DNA of 64,000 nt, taken from positions 3,136,001 through 3,200,000 of the forward strand of contig OZ242358.1 of the NCBI GenBank assembly GCA_965208835.1, written 5' to 3'. The notes beneath the pieces are model-generated. The model saw only the letters and a list, made by a program, of their open reading frames with translations. It did no database searches and was not told where the DNA came from. Positions 28,550 through 37,780 of this stretch are shown piece after piece; the stretch's first letter is position 1; each line of letters opens with the position of its first letter. Both the position numbers and the translations under genes were made by a program. Origin of the DNA: Candidatus Latescibacterota bacterium (GTDB taxonomy: Bacteria; Latescibacterota; UBA2968; GCA-2709665).

Positions 28550-29706
28550 TTCCTGATCGCTTCCGCCATCTTTCGAACGCGGGCCTGCGTATTGTCCGGA
28601 TGCATCGGGATCAGCACGGCGCGGCTCATTATATCGAGGGAGTCGCTGCACATATCCATGGTGTAGGTCACGTTCAGCTTCCGGTTCGACGGGAAATTGT
28701 AGGGATTCATGTCAGGATGATGCGCCCCCTGTTTTCTCATGATCGGATCCCAACGGGTATAGACGTGCCGCCCCGTATCGATGGGCAGGAACCCCCCCGC
28801 GCCATTGCCGCTCAGACCGTCTGCGAAGGCCCTCGCCGACGCCTCGTTCGGAAAGATGAAGCCCAGGTTGCTGGCGCACTCATACGACAGGCTGTTGTTG
28901 ACGATGGAGGTCAAACCCGCGGCCCTGCCGGCCTCGAGCAACTGCCGTTTGTGGGCGCCCATTTTCTCGAGCATCCCGTCGAGTCGCCGCAGCTGGGCGT
29001 TGAGAATGGCGCCCGAGACTTCCGGGGCCCTGAAATTCTGTCCCGCGAACTGCTCGTCCTCGTTCTTCTGCTCCGGGTTCCAGTAGAACGAACAGCAATC
29101 CGACGCCACGGAGGCGCGTCCGAAAACCGCCTTGTTGCTGGTGACGAATGCACCGCCCTCGCCACTGGAGATATTCTTGTAGAAGTTGAAACTGAAGGCG
29201 CCCGCGTGTCCGATCGAACCCAGCATCCTTCCCTCGTACGCGCCGCCCACCGCCTGGCAAGCGTCCTCGAGCACGAGCAGTTTGTGCCTGCGCGCGACGC
29301 GCATCAGCGCCTTCATGTTGCACGGCAGACCCCACATATGCACGGGAATGATCGCCTTGGTGTGGGGCGAAAGCCTGCGCTCCACGTCTTCCGCGCAGAG
29401 CGTAATCGACTCGTCCACGTCGGCCACGACGGGTATGGCGCCTGCCGCCAGTACCGCCAGCGCGGTGGCCATATAGGTACAGGCGGGGACGATGACTTCG
29501 TCGCCGGGACCCACCTTCAATCCGACCAACGCGCAGTATAACGCGGACGTCCCGCTGGTGGTCATCCTGGCGTACTTCACGCCCAGATGCTTCGCCCAGC
29601 CGGCCTCGAACCGTTCGCATTCGCCCGTGCGTCCGTACCGAAAGAGCCCGCCGTCTCTGAACAACCGCTCAACACGCCTCAGTTCCAGGTCGCCGATGCG
29701 ATACAT
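28519..29706 (-). CDS. DegT/DnrJ/EryC1/StrS PLP aminotransferase
   Basis: SGTSAL, GPGDEVIVP, EDACQA, SFNFYKNISSGEGG. Confidence 0.92.
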   Translation of the reverse strand: MYRIGDLELRRVERLFRDGGLFRYGRTGECERFEAGWAKHLGVKYARMTTSGTSALYCALVGLKVGPGDEVIVPACTYMATALAVLAAGAIPVVADVDESITLCAEDVERRLSPHTKAIIPVHMWGLPCNMKALMRVARRHKLLVLEDACQAVGGAYEGRMLGSIGHAGAFSFNFYKNISSGEGGAFVTSNKAVFGRASVASDCCSFYWNPEQKNEDEQFAGQNFRAPEVSGAILNAQLRRLDGMLEKMGAHKRQLLEAGRAAGLTSIVNNSLSYECASNLGFIFPNEASARAFADGLSGNGAGGFLPIDTGRHVYTRWDPIMRKQGAHHPDMNPYNFPSNRKLNVTYTMDMCSDSLDIMSRAVLIPMHPDNTQARVRKMAEAIRKAAQGSETRA

Positions 29707-29724
29707 GGCACCTCCCTTTTCCGG

Positions 29725-30381
29725 TTACACGCCGGACTCCTTCATCTGATCGACACGCGATCCCGCCGCTTGAAGTTGCCTGAAGATGTATGCGCGAGAT
29801 ATCAGCGTCACCGGCACAGACACGAACAGGCCCACCAGAAGACAGAGTGCGCCGCCGATATTGATCAGTGCCGTCAACAAAAAGAAAAGAAACAGACGCC
29901 ATCTGTCGCCTCTTGTTATCGCGGCGCTCCGGCGAAGCGCCGACACGGCGCCCGCGCCTTCGTCTACAATCGGATAGGCGTAAAACTGAAACAACACCAG
30001 CAGAAAAATCCCCGGGACGACGAGCAGAGCCAGGCCGACAACCACCATCAGTGTCGCAATCAGCGTCGCGATAAAGTAGGCCGGCGCCAGTGGATAGTGG
30101 ATGAAGAGGTCCGCGACGCGCGCCCTTCGTCCATCGGCGAAACGCAGGGAAATAACTGCCAACCCCACGTCCATGATCATACTGCCAACCAATGCGACGA
30201 TGCCTGCGAGGAATGCCCAGCCCTCCGAGTGTGCATTCAGCTTGTAGACTGCACCATTCAGACCCAGAGCGACGATCAGGTACAGAATCCCGATGCCGAG
30301 GAAACACCCCAGATTGTCCCGTGTTGTCCGCCAGCCGAACCGCAGCGCCTCGGCGATGGAGAACCTGTGTGGGTTCATCAT
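29725..30381 (-). CDS. Integral membrane protein (DUF975-like)
   Basis: FSIAEALRFGW, GLALLVVPGI, ALRRS..ITRG, multiple TM segments. Confidence 0.75.
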   Translation of the reverse strand: MMNPHRFSIAEALRFGWRTTRDNLGCFLGIGILYLIVALGLNGAVYKLNAHSEGWAFLAGIVALVGSMIMDVGLAVISLRFADGRRARVADLFIHYPLAPAYFIATLIATLMVVVGLALLVVPGIFLLVLFQFYAYPIVDEGAGAVSALRRSAAITRGDRWRLFLFFLLTALINIGGALCLLVGLFVSVPVTLISRAYIFRQLQAAGSRVDQMKESGV

Positions 30382-30459
30382 GGGCAAACGTCTCGCAGAA
30401 AGGATCTTCGTGAGTTGACTCCAGCACGACAGCGATTGCCGTTGCCGTTGCTGTTTACA

Positions 30460-31665
30460 TTATCCGGGCGCGTCCACTCGCTGACCGGGTTGATTATACA
30501 ATGTGCGGCCGTTCGGCGAACCCGGTCGGATTATACGTGAATCCGTCAGGAAGCGCGCCTTGGTCCTGCATTCCTCGTACTCGGTTCCGGAGTTGGAATC
30601 GTGGGTCACGCCGCTGCCCACGCCGAACTCCGCAAGCGCCTTCTCCCGGTCGACCGTAACCGTACGGATGGCGACATTGAACTGCGCCTCGGGGCCGGGC
30701 GATATGTATCCGATGCTGCCGGTATATACACCGCGCGGGGAATCCTCCAGCTCCGAGATGATCTCCATGGTCCGCACCTTCGGCGCGCCGGTAACCGAGC
30801 CGCATGGAAATGCCGCTCTGAGTATGTCGGATACCCCGACTCCGCTGCGGAGGCGGGACCGGACGGTGGAGGTCATCTGAAGCACGGTCTCATACCGCTC
30901 CACGTCCCACAATACCGGCGTGCGCACACTGCCGGTCTCCGACACCCGCCCCAGGTCATTCCGGAGCATGTCCACGATCATGACGTTCTCCGCACGGTCT
31001 TTCGGCGAGTTCCTCAAAGCGCGGGCTTGCAGCCGGTCTTCCTCGGGCCATCGCCCTCTACGCCTCGTCCCTTTCATCGGCCGGGCGTTCAATTCACCCG
31101 ATTTCAATCGGAAAAACAGTTCGGGAGAAACGGACAGAACCTGAAAGCGTCCTGTATCCACGAAGGCTGAATACGCCGTCCGCTGCGACCGGCGAAGGTC
31201 GCTGTAGAGGGCCCCGGCGTCGCCCTCGAAGTTCGCCCGCAGCCGATAGGAGTAATTGACCTGATACGTATCGCCGGCGGCGATGTATTCGCGAATCCCG
31301 GCCACCGCATCTGCGTACTCGGTGCTTGCGACGGACGGTCGCCACGCCGAAAGCGAGTAAGTCCGACCTGCGCTGAAACGGCCCGCAGCCGGCTCAGTCC
31401 GGCGTTCGAACAATCCGAACCAGACGAGCGGCACGGCGCCGGGCGAACGGGTCTTCAACGCGGGATCCAGTCCGGCCGCCGCTTCGTACGCAATGAATCC
31501 CGCGGCGTGCAGGCCGCGGGATACGGCGCGTTCCACTTCCTCGAGCGCGGCGTTCACATCGCCGGGACAAGCGGCAGCGACCTGACCGACGCATCCGGAA
31601 AAAGAAAACGAGACCCCGTCCTGATCGGACCGGCGGGACTCCAGCAGTACCTCGGGCGCATCCAT
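30460..31665 (-). CDS. pabB: Aminodeoxychorismate synthase component I
   Basis: GDTYQVN, SPELFF, PMKGT, KDRAENVMIVDMLRNDLGR, FPCGSVTGAPK, FNVAIRT. Confidence 0.92.
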   Translation of the reverse strand: MDAPEVLLESRRSDQDGVSFSFSGCVGQVAAACPGDVNAALEEVERAVSRGLHAAGFIAYEAAAGLDPALKTRSPGAVPLVWFGLFERRTEPAAGRFSAGRTYSLSAWRPSVASTEYADAVAGIREYIAAGDTYQVNYSYRLRANFEGDAGALYSDLRRSQRTAYSAFVDTGRFQVLSVSPELFFRLKSGELNARPMKGTRRRGRWPEEDRLQARALRNSPKDRAENVMIVDMLRNDLGRVSETGSVRTPVLWDVERYETVLQMTSTVRSRLRSGVGVSDILRAAFPCGSVTGAPKVRTMEIISELEDSPRGVYTGSIGYISPGPEAQFNVAIRTVTVDREKALAEFGVGSGVTHDSNSGTEYEECRTKARFLTDSRIIRPGSPNGRTLYNQPGQRVDAPG

Positions 31666-31774
31666 ACGACCCTTCCGGACGGAATCGGGTAATACAGCGT
31701 GGGAAAAAGCATCAGGCGGCGACCCGAAAACCGTCGCCGGTCGAATTCAGGCAACTTATTTTCGGTACAGAACA

Positions 31775-32596
31775 CTAGCCGCTGCTTGCGGCGCGGTATT
31801 GCGCCCAGTTGCCGTAGACGTCCACCTCCACGCCCTCCAGTTTGGGCCGGATGCCCTTCACCATAAAGCCGGGCCGCCCCATGCCCTGCCCGCCTTCCTG
31901 CCTGTTGCGGGGATCTCTGAAACCGAGCCGTACCAGGCGACGCCAGTTTCCGCTATGATTCACCGCCGATCCGTGGATGGTCCAGAGGTAGAACAGGACG
32001 ACGTCGCCGGCCCTGGCGGGAACCGAAACGGCATCCTGAAGCCGGTACCGGTCCGTGGGCAGGTGGGGCGCGGTACCCGCGCCCGTGATATGCTCCAGCT
32101 TTCCGAGCCGGTGCGATCCCTTGAGGAACTTGATGCAGCCGCTGGTTTCGTCGGCGTCGTCCAGGTGTACCAGGCAATCCGTGTATCTTCCGTCTTCGTG
32201 CGGGAAAAACGGCAAGTCCTGGTGCATGGGAAACGGCGCCCCCTTGTCCGGCGGCTTCGCGTGCAGTGTGACATGATGCAGTTCAACGGCATCCGATCCC
32301 AGGAGGTCGCCGACCGCGGCGCCCAGGTCGCGTTTCGTGATGGCGCGGGACCAGGCCGCGGAATAGTGCTGCAACTCATGGATGGCCACCAGCGTTGCCA
32401 CCTCGTCCTCCTCTTCGTCCATATACTCCTTCCGCCAGGGCCCTTTCCAGGCGGAGTCCCAGTTCGCGAACTCCTCCATGATGTAATCCAGCTCATCGCC
32501 CATCTCCCGGACTTCCCCGGGAGAGAACATGCCTTTGAGGCGGATGTATCCGTTTTCGCGAAAAAAGGCGACCTGCGCTTCGCTCAGCGTTTCCAT
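31775..32596 (-). CDS. PhyH-family dioxygenase
   Basis: FFRENGY, HAKPP, MHQD, GSH, AGDV...IHGSAVN...RR. Confidence 0.9.
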   Translation of the reverse strand: METLSEAQVAFFRENGYIRLKGMFSPGEVREMGDELDYIMEEFANWDSAWKGPWRKEYMDEEEDEVATLVAIHELQHYSAAWSRAITKRDLGAAVGDLLGSDAVELHHVTLHAKPPDKGAPFPMHQDLPFFPHEDGRYTDCLVHLDDADETSGCIKFLKGSHRLGKLEHITGAGTAPHLPTDRYRLQDAVSVPARAGDVVLFYLWTIHGSAVNHSGNWRRLVRLGFRDPRNRQEGGQGMGRPGFMVKGIRPKLEGVEVDVYGNWAQYRAASSG

Positions 32597-32632
32597 ATCA
32601 GGAAATCTCCCATTTGTAACCGCGCGCCTCGT

Positions 32633-33013
32633 CTATCTGCCGCCGATCACGATGAGGAACGCGCTGTCTTCGACGGCCTCCACCGCGTGAAGGACGTCTG
32701 CAGTGAACGAAACCGCCGATCCGGGTTCCAGGGGCATTTTCTCATGACCGCCCGACATCCGGATGTTCCCGCTCAGCGGAATCACGGTCGCCGGGCCCGG
32801 GGCACGGTGTTCGTGCAAAGCCGTCCCCGCCCTTATTACGGTAAGGACCACGGTCATCTCATCCCCACGAACCAGCGTCAGCGCGTTCCGGCCCGATTCG
32901 GCAAACGCGTTTTCGTCCATGAGCTGTCCGGCCATGGCCTTCAGCGGAAAGGACTCGATCCACGAATTGTCGATGTTCAAGGGTCTGTAGGGTCGCTCAA
33001 AAGCCTTTTCCAT
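32633..33013 (-). CDS. Cupin domain protein
   Basis: AGTALHEHRAPGPATV...G...HAVEAVEDS. Confidence 0.85.
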   Translation of the reverse strand: MEKAFERPYRPLNIDNSWIESFPLKAMAGQLMDENAFAESGRNALTLVRGDEMTVVLTVIRAGTALHEHRAPGPATVIPLSGNIRMSGGHEKMPLEPGSAVSFTADVLHAVEAVEDSAFLIVIGGR

Positions 33014-33089
33014 TGCGTGAGCTCCTCATCGAAGCTGCAAGTATAAAAACCGGGTTTTCGTGTGCCCGCATCCCGGTATGAATAGCGGA

Positions 33090-34589
33090 CTATGGCGCCG
33101 TTGTCGTGCTCTCGTTAAACCAGCCCTTCAGGCTCGGATACAGGCCGCGGTACCGCTCAAACTGCTTCTCGTAACGGATCGCGCGCTTGCCGCCGCACCG
33201 GACGGCTTCGCCCAGACCCACCGAGCGTTCGCAGGCTGTTTCAAAATCGGGAAATACGCCCACGCCAACGCCGGCGATCAGGGCCGCGCCCAGCGCCGAC
33301 GCATCCTGCACTTCCAGGACCCGAGCGTCGCGTCCGAACACGTCGACCTGGATCTGACGCCATAGGGCGGACCTCGCGCCACCCTCGCCTATTCGCAGGT
33401 CCTCGACTGGCAGCCCGATGTCCTCGAAACACTCCAGGGATCGTCTCAGGTCGAACGCCACGCCCTCCATCAGCGAGCGGACCAGGTGCGCTTTCGTATG
33501 GCGCAGGGTCAGCCCGATCCATCCGCCCCGTGCGCGCGCATCAGGGTGGGGCGTTGCCACCCCCTCCAGCCAGGGAAGAAAGAACAGCCCTTCGCTGCCC
33601 GCGGGCGCATCTTCCGCCTGTCGGGTCAGAGAAGCGACGTCTTCTCCCATCTGTCGACTCAACCACGCCAGACTCGCCCCGCACGTATATGAACACCCCA
33701 GCCAGAAGAATGCGCCCGGAACCGAATGACACATCGGCCAGAGTCTGTTATAAGCCGCGGGATCCAATCTCTCAGCAAACGCGAGCGCGTGCCCCGCCGT
33801 GCCGATGCCCACGTTTACGACGCCCGGACTGATAACCCCGCTGCCCACCGCGAGACAGGCAACATCGCCGCCGCCGGCGCAGACGGGTGTGTTCGCTGCC
33901 AGCCCCATCTCACGGGAAGCCGCGCCGGTCAACGCCCCGATCACCTCCGGAGACTCCGAGATATCGGGAAAAAGATCGCGGCGCACCTCCAGCGCGTCAA
34001 GTATCTCACCGCTCCAATCCCTCGCCCGGACATCCGCGGCAGCGGATACCGATGCGTCCGATACGTCAGTACCGAACGTACCCGTCATCCGGAATCGCAC
34101 CCAGTCCTTCGGGATCAGCACATACCGCGCATTTTCGTAAACTTCCCCCTCGTGAGCGCGGACCCACAACACCTTGGCCAGCGTGTTGATGGGATTCATC
34201 ACGTGCATGGCCCGGGTTCGCAGCAAGTCCCCCACGTGCGCGTTCGCCGTGTCGCATTCGGCCTGCGAACGACGGTCGAGCCAGAGAATGGGCGCCCGCA
34301 GCGGGTTGCCGGCGCCGTCCACGAAAACGGCCCCGTTCATATGTCCGGACAGCGAAACACCCCGGATTTCATCCACGGACCGTCCCTGCGCCCACAGTTC
34401 ACCCGCAACCGCCCGGGTTGTCCTGCAGATTGCCGTCCACCAGTCGCCCGCGTCCTGCTCCACCCATCCCGGGTGCGGCGTCTGCATTTCGTAACTCGCA
34501 CTGGCAGTTGCTAATACGTCGCCGCTTTCATCCAGTACAATCGTCTTCGTGCTGGACGTCCCCAGGTCAATTCCGATTACCAGTGGCAT
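33090..34589 (-). CDS. xylB: Xylulokinase-like FGGY carbohydrate kinase
   Basis: GIDLGTSSTK, SGHMNG, PKDW, SDAS, GGGD, EGVAF, GGARSALWRQI. Substrate not certain. Confidence 0.8.
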   Translation of the reverse strand: MPLVIGIDLGTSSTKTIVLDESGDVLATASASYEMQTPHPGWVEQDAGDWWTAICRTTRAVAGELWAQGRSVDEIRGVSLSGHMNGAVFVDGAGNPLRAPILWLDRRSQAECDTANAHVGDLLRTRAMHVMNPINTLAKVLWVRAHEGEVYENARYVLIPKDWVRFRMTGTFGTDVSDASVSAAADVRARDWSGEILDALEVRRDLFPDISESPEVIGALTGAASREMGLAANTPVCAGGGDVACLAVGSGVISPGVVNVGIGTAGHALAFAERLDPAAYNRLWPMCHSVPGAFFWLGCSYTCGASLAWLSRQMGEDVASLTRQAEDAPAGSEGLFFLPWLEGVATPHPDARARGGWIGLTLRHTKAHLVRSLMEGVAFDLRRSLECFEDIGLPVEDLRIGEGGARSALWRQIQVDVFGRDARVLEVQDASALGAALIAGVGVGVFPDFETACERSVGLGEAVRCGGKRAIRYEKQFERYRGLYPSLKGWFNESTTTAP

Positions 34590-34616
34590 AACCCGGACCG
34601 ATCGCAAATGGTGGCG

Positions 34617-35540
34617 TCATTCCCCGGCCAGAAAACGCCGCGGGTTGTTCTCCAGCAGGTCCTGGATCGCGGCGTCGGATACGCCCTCTTCCCGAAGCCG
34701 GGGCACGAACCGGGTCAGCACGAAGTCGAGGCCGGGACCGCCACCGTAACTTCGCCAGTAACTCGGCCGTCCCAGATCGTTGCCCAGCAGAATGCGGTCG
34801 CCCAGTCCGGCGTCGATCATCCGCTTCAGCACGTCAATGCGCATTTCGTCCGGTCCGTACTTCACTTTGCCCGGGCAGTCGTAACCCAGATAGGCGCCGG
34901 TTTCGGCAATTCGCCTGTGCTCCCAGAAATCCGGATTCCGGTCCATGTGGCTCAGGCATACCCGGCCCGGCGGTACGCCCTGCGCGTCAAGGAGCGAAAC
35001 CTGGTCGTAGCCCATCGTACCGGCTTCCGTGTGGGTCATCACGGGAACGCCCGTTTCCACGTGCACCTTCGCCGCGATGCGCATGAGCTTCCTGTCGGCC
35101 TCCTGAAACGTATTGTATCCGCTGCCTCCCTTGACGATGCCGGCCTTCACGCCGGTGCCGTCGATGCCTGTCTCGATATCCCGGATGCAATTCCGGACCA
35201 TTGCGTCTTCATCCTGGTTCAGGATCGCGCGGTCACAGAAATAGGGCTTGTTGTATCCCGTGATGACAACCACGTGCACGTCAGGTACCAGATCAGCTAT
35301 CCTGACCACCTGCCGGACATTCCGGCCGAAGTCGATCGCAGACATCTCAATCAGGGTCCTGCCGCCCGCGCGCGCCCAGGATCGAAGCTCCTCGGCGGAC
35401 CGCTCCACGCTGTTCAGCCGGAAATCCCGATCTTCTCTCAGCAGCCAGTCAGGGGCGTCGAAATAGAGGTGCTCGTGGTAATCCACAACGCCCAGGTCTT
35501 CTCCGTCGATCACGCCCCGAACCGTCATCACCGTTCCCAT
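34617..35540 (-). CDS. Phosphotriesterase-family amidohydrolase/lactonase
   Basis: TVRG, HEHL, GRNV, GVKAGIVK, THT, SHMDR, LLGNDLG, NPRR. Confidence 0.9.
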   Translation of the reverse strand: MGTVMTVRGVIDGEDLGVVDYHEHLYFDAPDWLLREDRDFRLNSVERSAEELRSWARAGGRTLIEMSAIDFGRNVRQVVRIADLVPDVHVVVITGYNKPYFCDRAILNQDEDAMVRNCIRDIETGIDGTGVKAGIVKGGSGYNTFQEADRKLMRIAAKVHVETGVPVMTHTEAGTMGYDQVSLLDAQGVPPGRVCLSHMDRNPDFWEHRRIAETGAYLGYDCPGKVKYGPDEMRIDVLKRMIDAGLGDRILLGNDLGRPSYWRSYGGGPGLDFVLTRFVPRLREEGVSDAAIQDLLENNPRRFLAGE

Positions 35541-35552
35541 CCCGCCCCCTTA

Positions 35553-35713
35553 GAAGCTGTCTTAAAACCCCCGGCGGTCTTCACACGGCTGCAAAAGCGT
35601 CGGTCTGCGTTGGTCAAAACCACCCGTATACCCAAATATGGGCGGCTTTGCCCGCCTTGACCGACACATTTTCGCGCGCGCTCGGGACTCACCAGGAATT
35701 TTAAGACAACTTC
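35553..35713 (+). mobile_element. MITE family A copy 3
   Basis: TIRs as in other copies. Perfect TTA duplication; the right copy is the creatininase stop codon. Confidence 0.9.
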
Positions 35714-36463
35714 TTACCCGTCATCCGGCACGGACAGGAATTCCGTCCACACCCGCGCCATGCGCGCCACGCACGCGTGAAACCAGCGCTCGCCCTTTTC
35801 GGCGGAAGCGACCGTGGCATCGCCGAACACCCCCGATCGGGACAGGCTGCCCAGGGGCAGCGTGGACATCTCGTAATCGGTAGACCGCGGCGGGTACTCC
35901 CGTACGGCCCTGTCCATCCTGACCTGGTCGGGCTTCAGGTAGAGCATCAATGAAGTTTCGAACTCCTCAGCGTGAAAGTTCATCGGCGCCCATTGCGGCG
36001 ACTCCGCATCGGCCATAACTTCATCCAGGCCAGGATAGAAGACATTCAATACCCTCAGGTCCAACTCGTCGACGAGTTCCCTGGCGGTCATCTTCAGCGG
36101 CCCCGGGTTCGCGCCGTGTCCCGATAGCGTCATCAGTGCGCGACATCCACCCCGGTGCACGCTGCGCGCCAGGTCCTTCACGACCTCGCGAAATGTGTCG
36201 AACGAGAACGTGAGCGTGCCCGGATAGTCGCGCCAGCTCCAGGAGTACCCCACCTGGACCGAAGGCAGAAGGAGGCCGAAACTCTGTTTCGCGACCTCTG
36301 TAGCCAGCGCCTCCGCGAGCACGGTATCCGTGTTCTGCGGCAGGTGAGGGCCGTGTTGTTCGGTTGCGCCCAGCGGGAGGATTGCAGCGGGCGTATCCGC
36401 CAGGAAGTCCCTGCACGCCGGCCAGGTTGCCGTTGCCGCGTCGAGCCAGTTGGACTTGCTCAC
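35714..36463 (-). CDS. Creatininase-family amidohydrolase
   Basis: GATEQHGPHLP..TD, YPGT, GHGAN, HAEEFETS, SGVFGD...ASAEKG. Confidence 0.9.
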   Translation of the reverse strand: MSKSNWLDAATATWPACRDFLADTPAAILPLGATEQHGPHLPQNTDTVLAEALATEVAKQSFGLLLPSVQVGYSWSWRDYPGTLTFSFDTFREVVKDLARSVHRGGCRALMTLSGHGANPGPLKMTARELVDELDLRVLNVFYPGLDEVMADAESPQWAPMNFHAEEFETSLMLYLKPDQVRMDRAVREYPPRSTDYEMSTLPLGSLSRSGVFGDATVASAEKGERWFHACVARMARVWTEFLSVPDDG

Positions 36464-36555
36464 CCCTTGTCCTCCGGGACATCTTCAACGTACAGCATCA
36501 GATTATACCTGACCACTCTATCAGGAGGCAAACTTGAGAGGATTGCCGAAGAGCG

Positions 36556-36920
36556 GGGAGACGTGAGACGGTAGACCAAAAGCGGGTAGACGGGAGCCGG
36601 GAGACGGTAGAAGAAATACTCGCCCGGTGGGTTTTTCCTCATTGCCTTTGGCACGAATAGAATCCTCACAAGGCAGGTAATCTCTCCCCACTCCCGTCTT
36701 CCTTCTCACCAGATGGTGGGCCGTGGTGTGGTCCTCTCCCCTCTTCCATCTCCCCTTTCCCCTCTCTTGAAGCGGCCGGGGGAGAGGCGGCCAAAAAGGC
36801 GATGAGACGAAAGTAGAGGTTAGAGATGACCCGCATCGTGGGGTATCAATTTATACCGGAGGCGTAGAAGAGAAAAGGATCGGCAAGGATCTCTTCTCCC
36901 GTCTACCCTCTCCCCTCTAC
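36556..36920. repeat. Heptamer arrays in alternating orientation
   Basis: GGGAGAC GTGAGAC GGTAGAC...GGTAGAC GGGAGCC GGGAGAC, with complementary CCTCTCC/CGTCTAC-type arrays at 36681, 36733 and 36893. Confidence 0.7.
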
Positions 36921-37696
36921 CCTTCATACAGACTCTCGGTCGGAATATCCGTAATCAGCGCGTGGCCGGGCGTGTAGGAAAGGGCGAATGGCAGCCGGGC
37001 CCGCTGTGCCGCCAGGCTGGGCGTCACCCCGCAGGCCCAGTAGAGGCGGTCGGTGCCCTGCGGAACCTCTATCGGATTCCCTGAAATCGTCGCATTCAGG
37101 TCCGGAATACCCAGTTCCCGGCCGTTATTCCTGCCAAGAGGCGCCCCATGGCACGCCGGAAAATGACTTGTGTATTCCCATACGGCGTCGCAACGATCGG
37201 GGAGAAAGCTCCGCATCGTTACCGCCATTTTGCTCCGAAACCTTCCCGCCGGTTCGCAGTCCAGGTCGGTCAGCTGAATACACGGGCCGAACGCGGGTTC
37301 GTATCCCTTTTCGACGAGGAGGCCGTCGAATGACACGCTTGAACCGATCAGAAACGTGACCATGTCGTCTGAATAGAGGGAAACCACGTCCCGTCGCTGC
37401 TCGACAACCACGCCCTCCCGGATCACGTCGTACGAACCCAGGTCGGTGCGAATGTCGAGCCCGCGCGCAAATTCCGGACAATCCGTCCGGCCCGCGGGCA
37501 TCACGGCCAGCAGCGGACACGGCTTCGGGTTCGCCCTGCAGAATCCCTCAAACTCCGCGGCGAACGCCTCGTCCATCATAACCACATTCACGCACAGGTA
37601 CCCCGATAGCGCGCGCGATGCCACCGTCTTCAGCGCATTGCGGCGGCACGCGAGCCGCACCTCCTGGGGTGATCGAAACGCCTCGGGTTCAGCCAA
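36917..37696 (-). CDS. DUF1445 / D-glutamate cyclase-like putative hydro-lyase
   Basis: FCRANPKPCPLL, DIRTD, FLIGSS.SF, VTMR, HGAP, YWACGVTP, PGHALITD. Confidence 0.85.
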   Translation of the reverse strand: MAEPEAFRSPQEVRLACRRNALKTVASRALSGYLCVNVVMMDEAFAAEFEGFCRANPKPCPLLAVMPAGRTDCPEFARGLDIRTDLGSYDVIREGVVVEQRRDVVSLYSDDMVTFLIGSSVSFDGLLVEKGYEPAFGPCIQLTDLDCEPAGRFRSKMAVTMRSFLPDRCDAVWEYTSHFPACHGAPLGRNNGRELGIPDLNATISGNPIEVPQGTDRLYWACGVTPSLAAQRARLPFALSYTPGHALITDIPTESLYEG

Positions 37697-37710
37697 CGCA
37701 CTCCCCCTGT

Positions 37711-37780
37711 CAGCCCGTTGAAAAAGCCCATCCGGTCGACGGCCCGCTCCCGCCTGCAGATCGACGCTTCCGACGGACGG
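37711..37780 (+). mobile_element. MITE family B, degenerate short copy
   Basis: CAGCCCGTTGAAAAAGCCCATCCGG identical to the 23205 end, with a decayed right end (CGCCTGCAGA). Abuts the DegT TAG. Confidence 0.7.

Noticed and set aside
30460-30545. pabB as a truncated pabB-pabC fusion pseudogene
   Set aside because: The chorismate-binding domain appears complete and no pabC remnant follows. Stand-alone PabB is normal.
35714-36463. Complete creatinine-creatine-sarcosine pathway with the sox genes
   Set aside because: No creatinase in the window and the creatininase family is functionally broad, so the link is unsupported.
36460-36709. Short ORFs of 62-69 aa
   Set aside because: Largely translation of the heptamer arrays, with no family signal.
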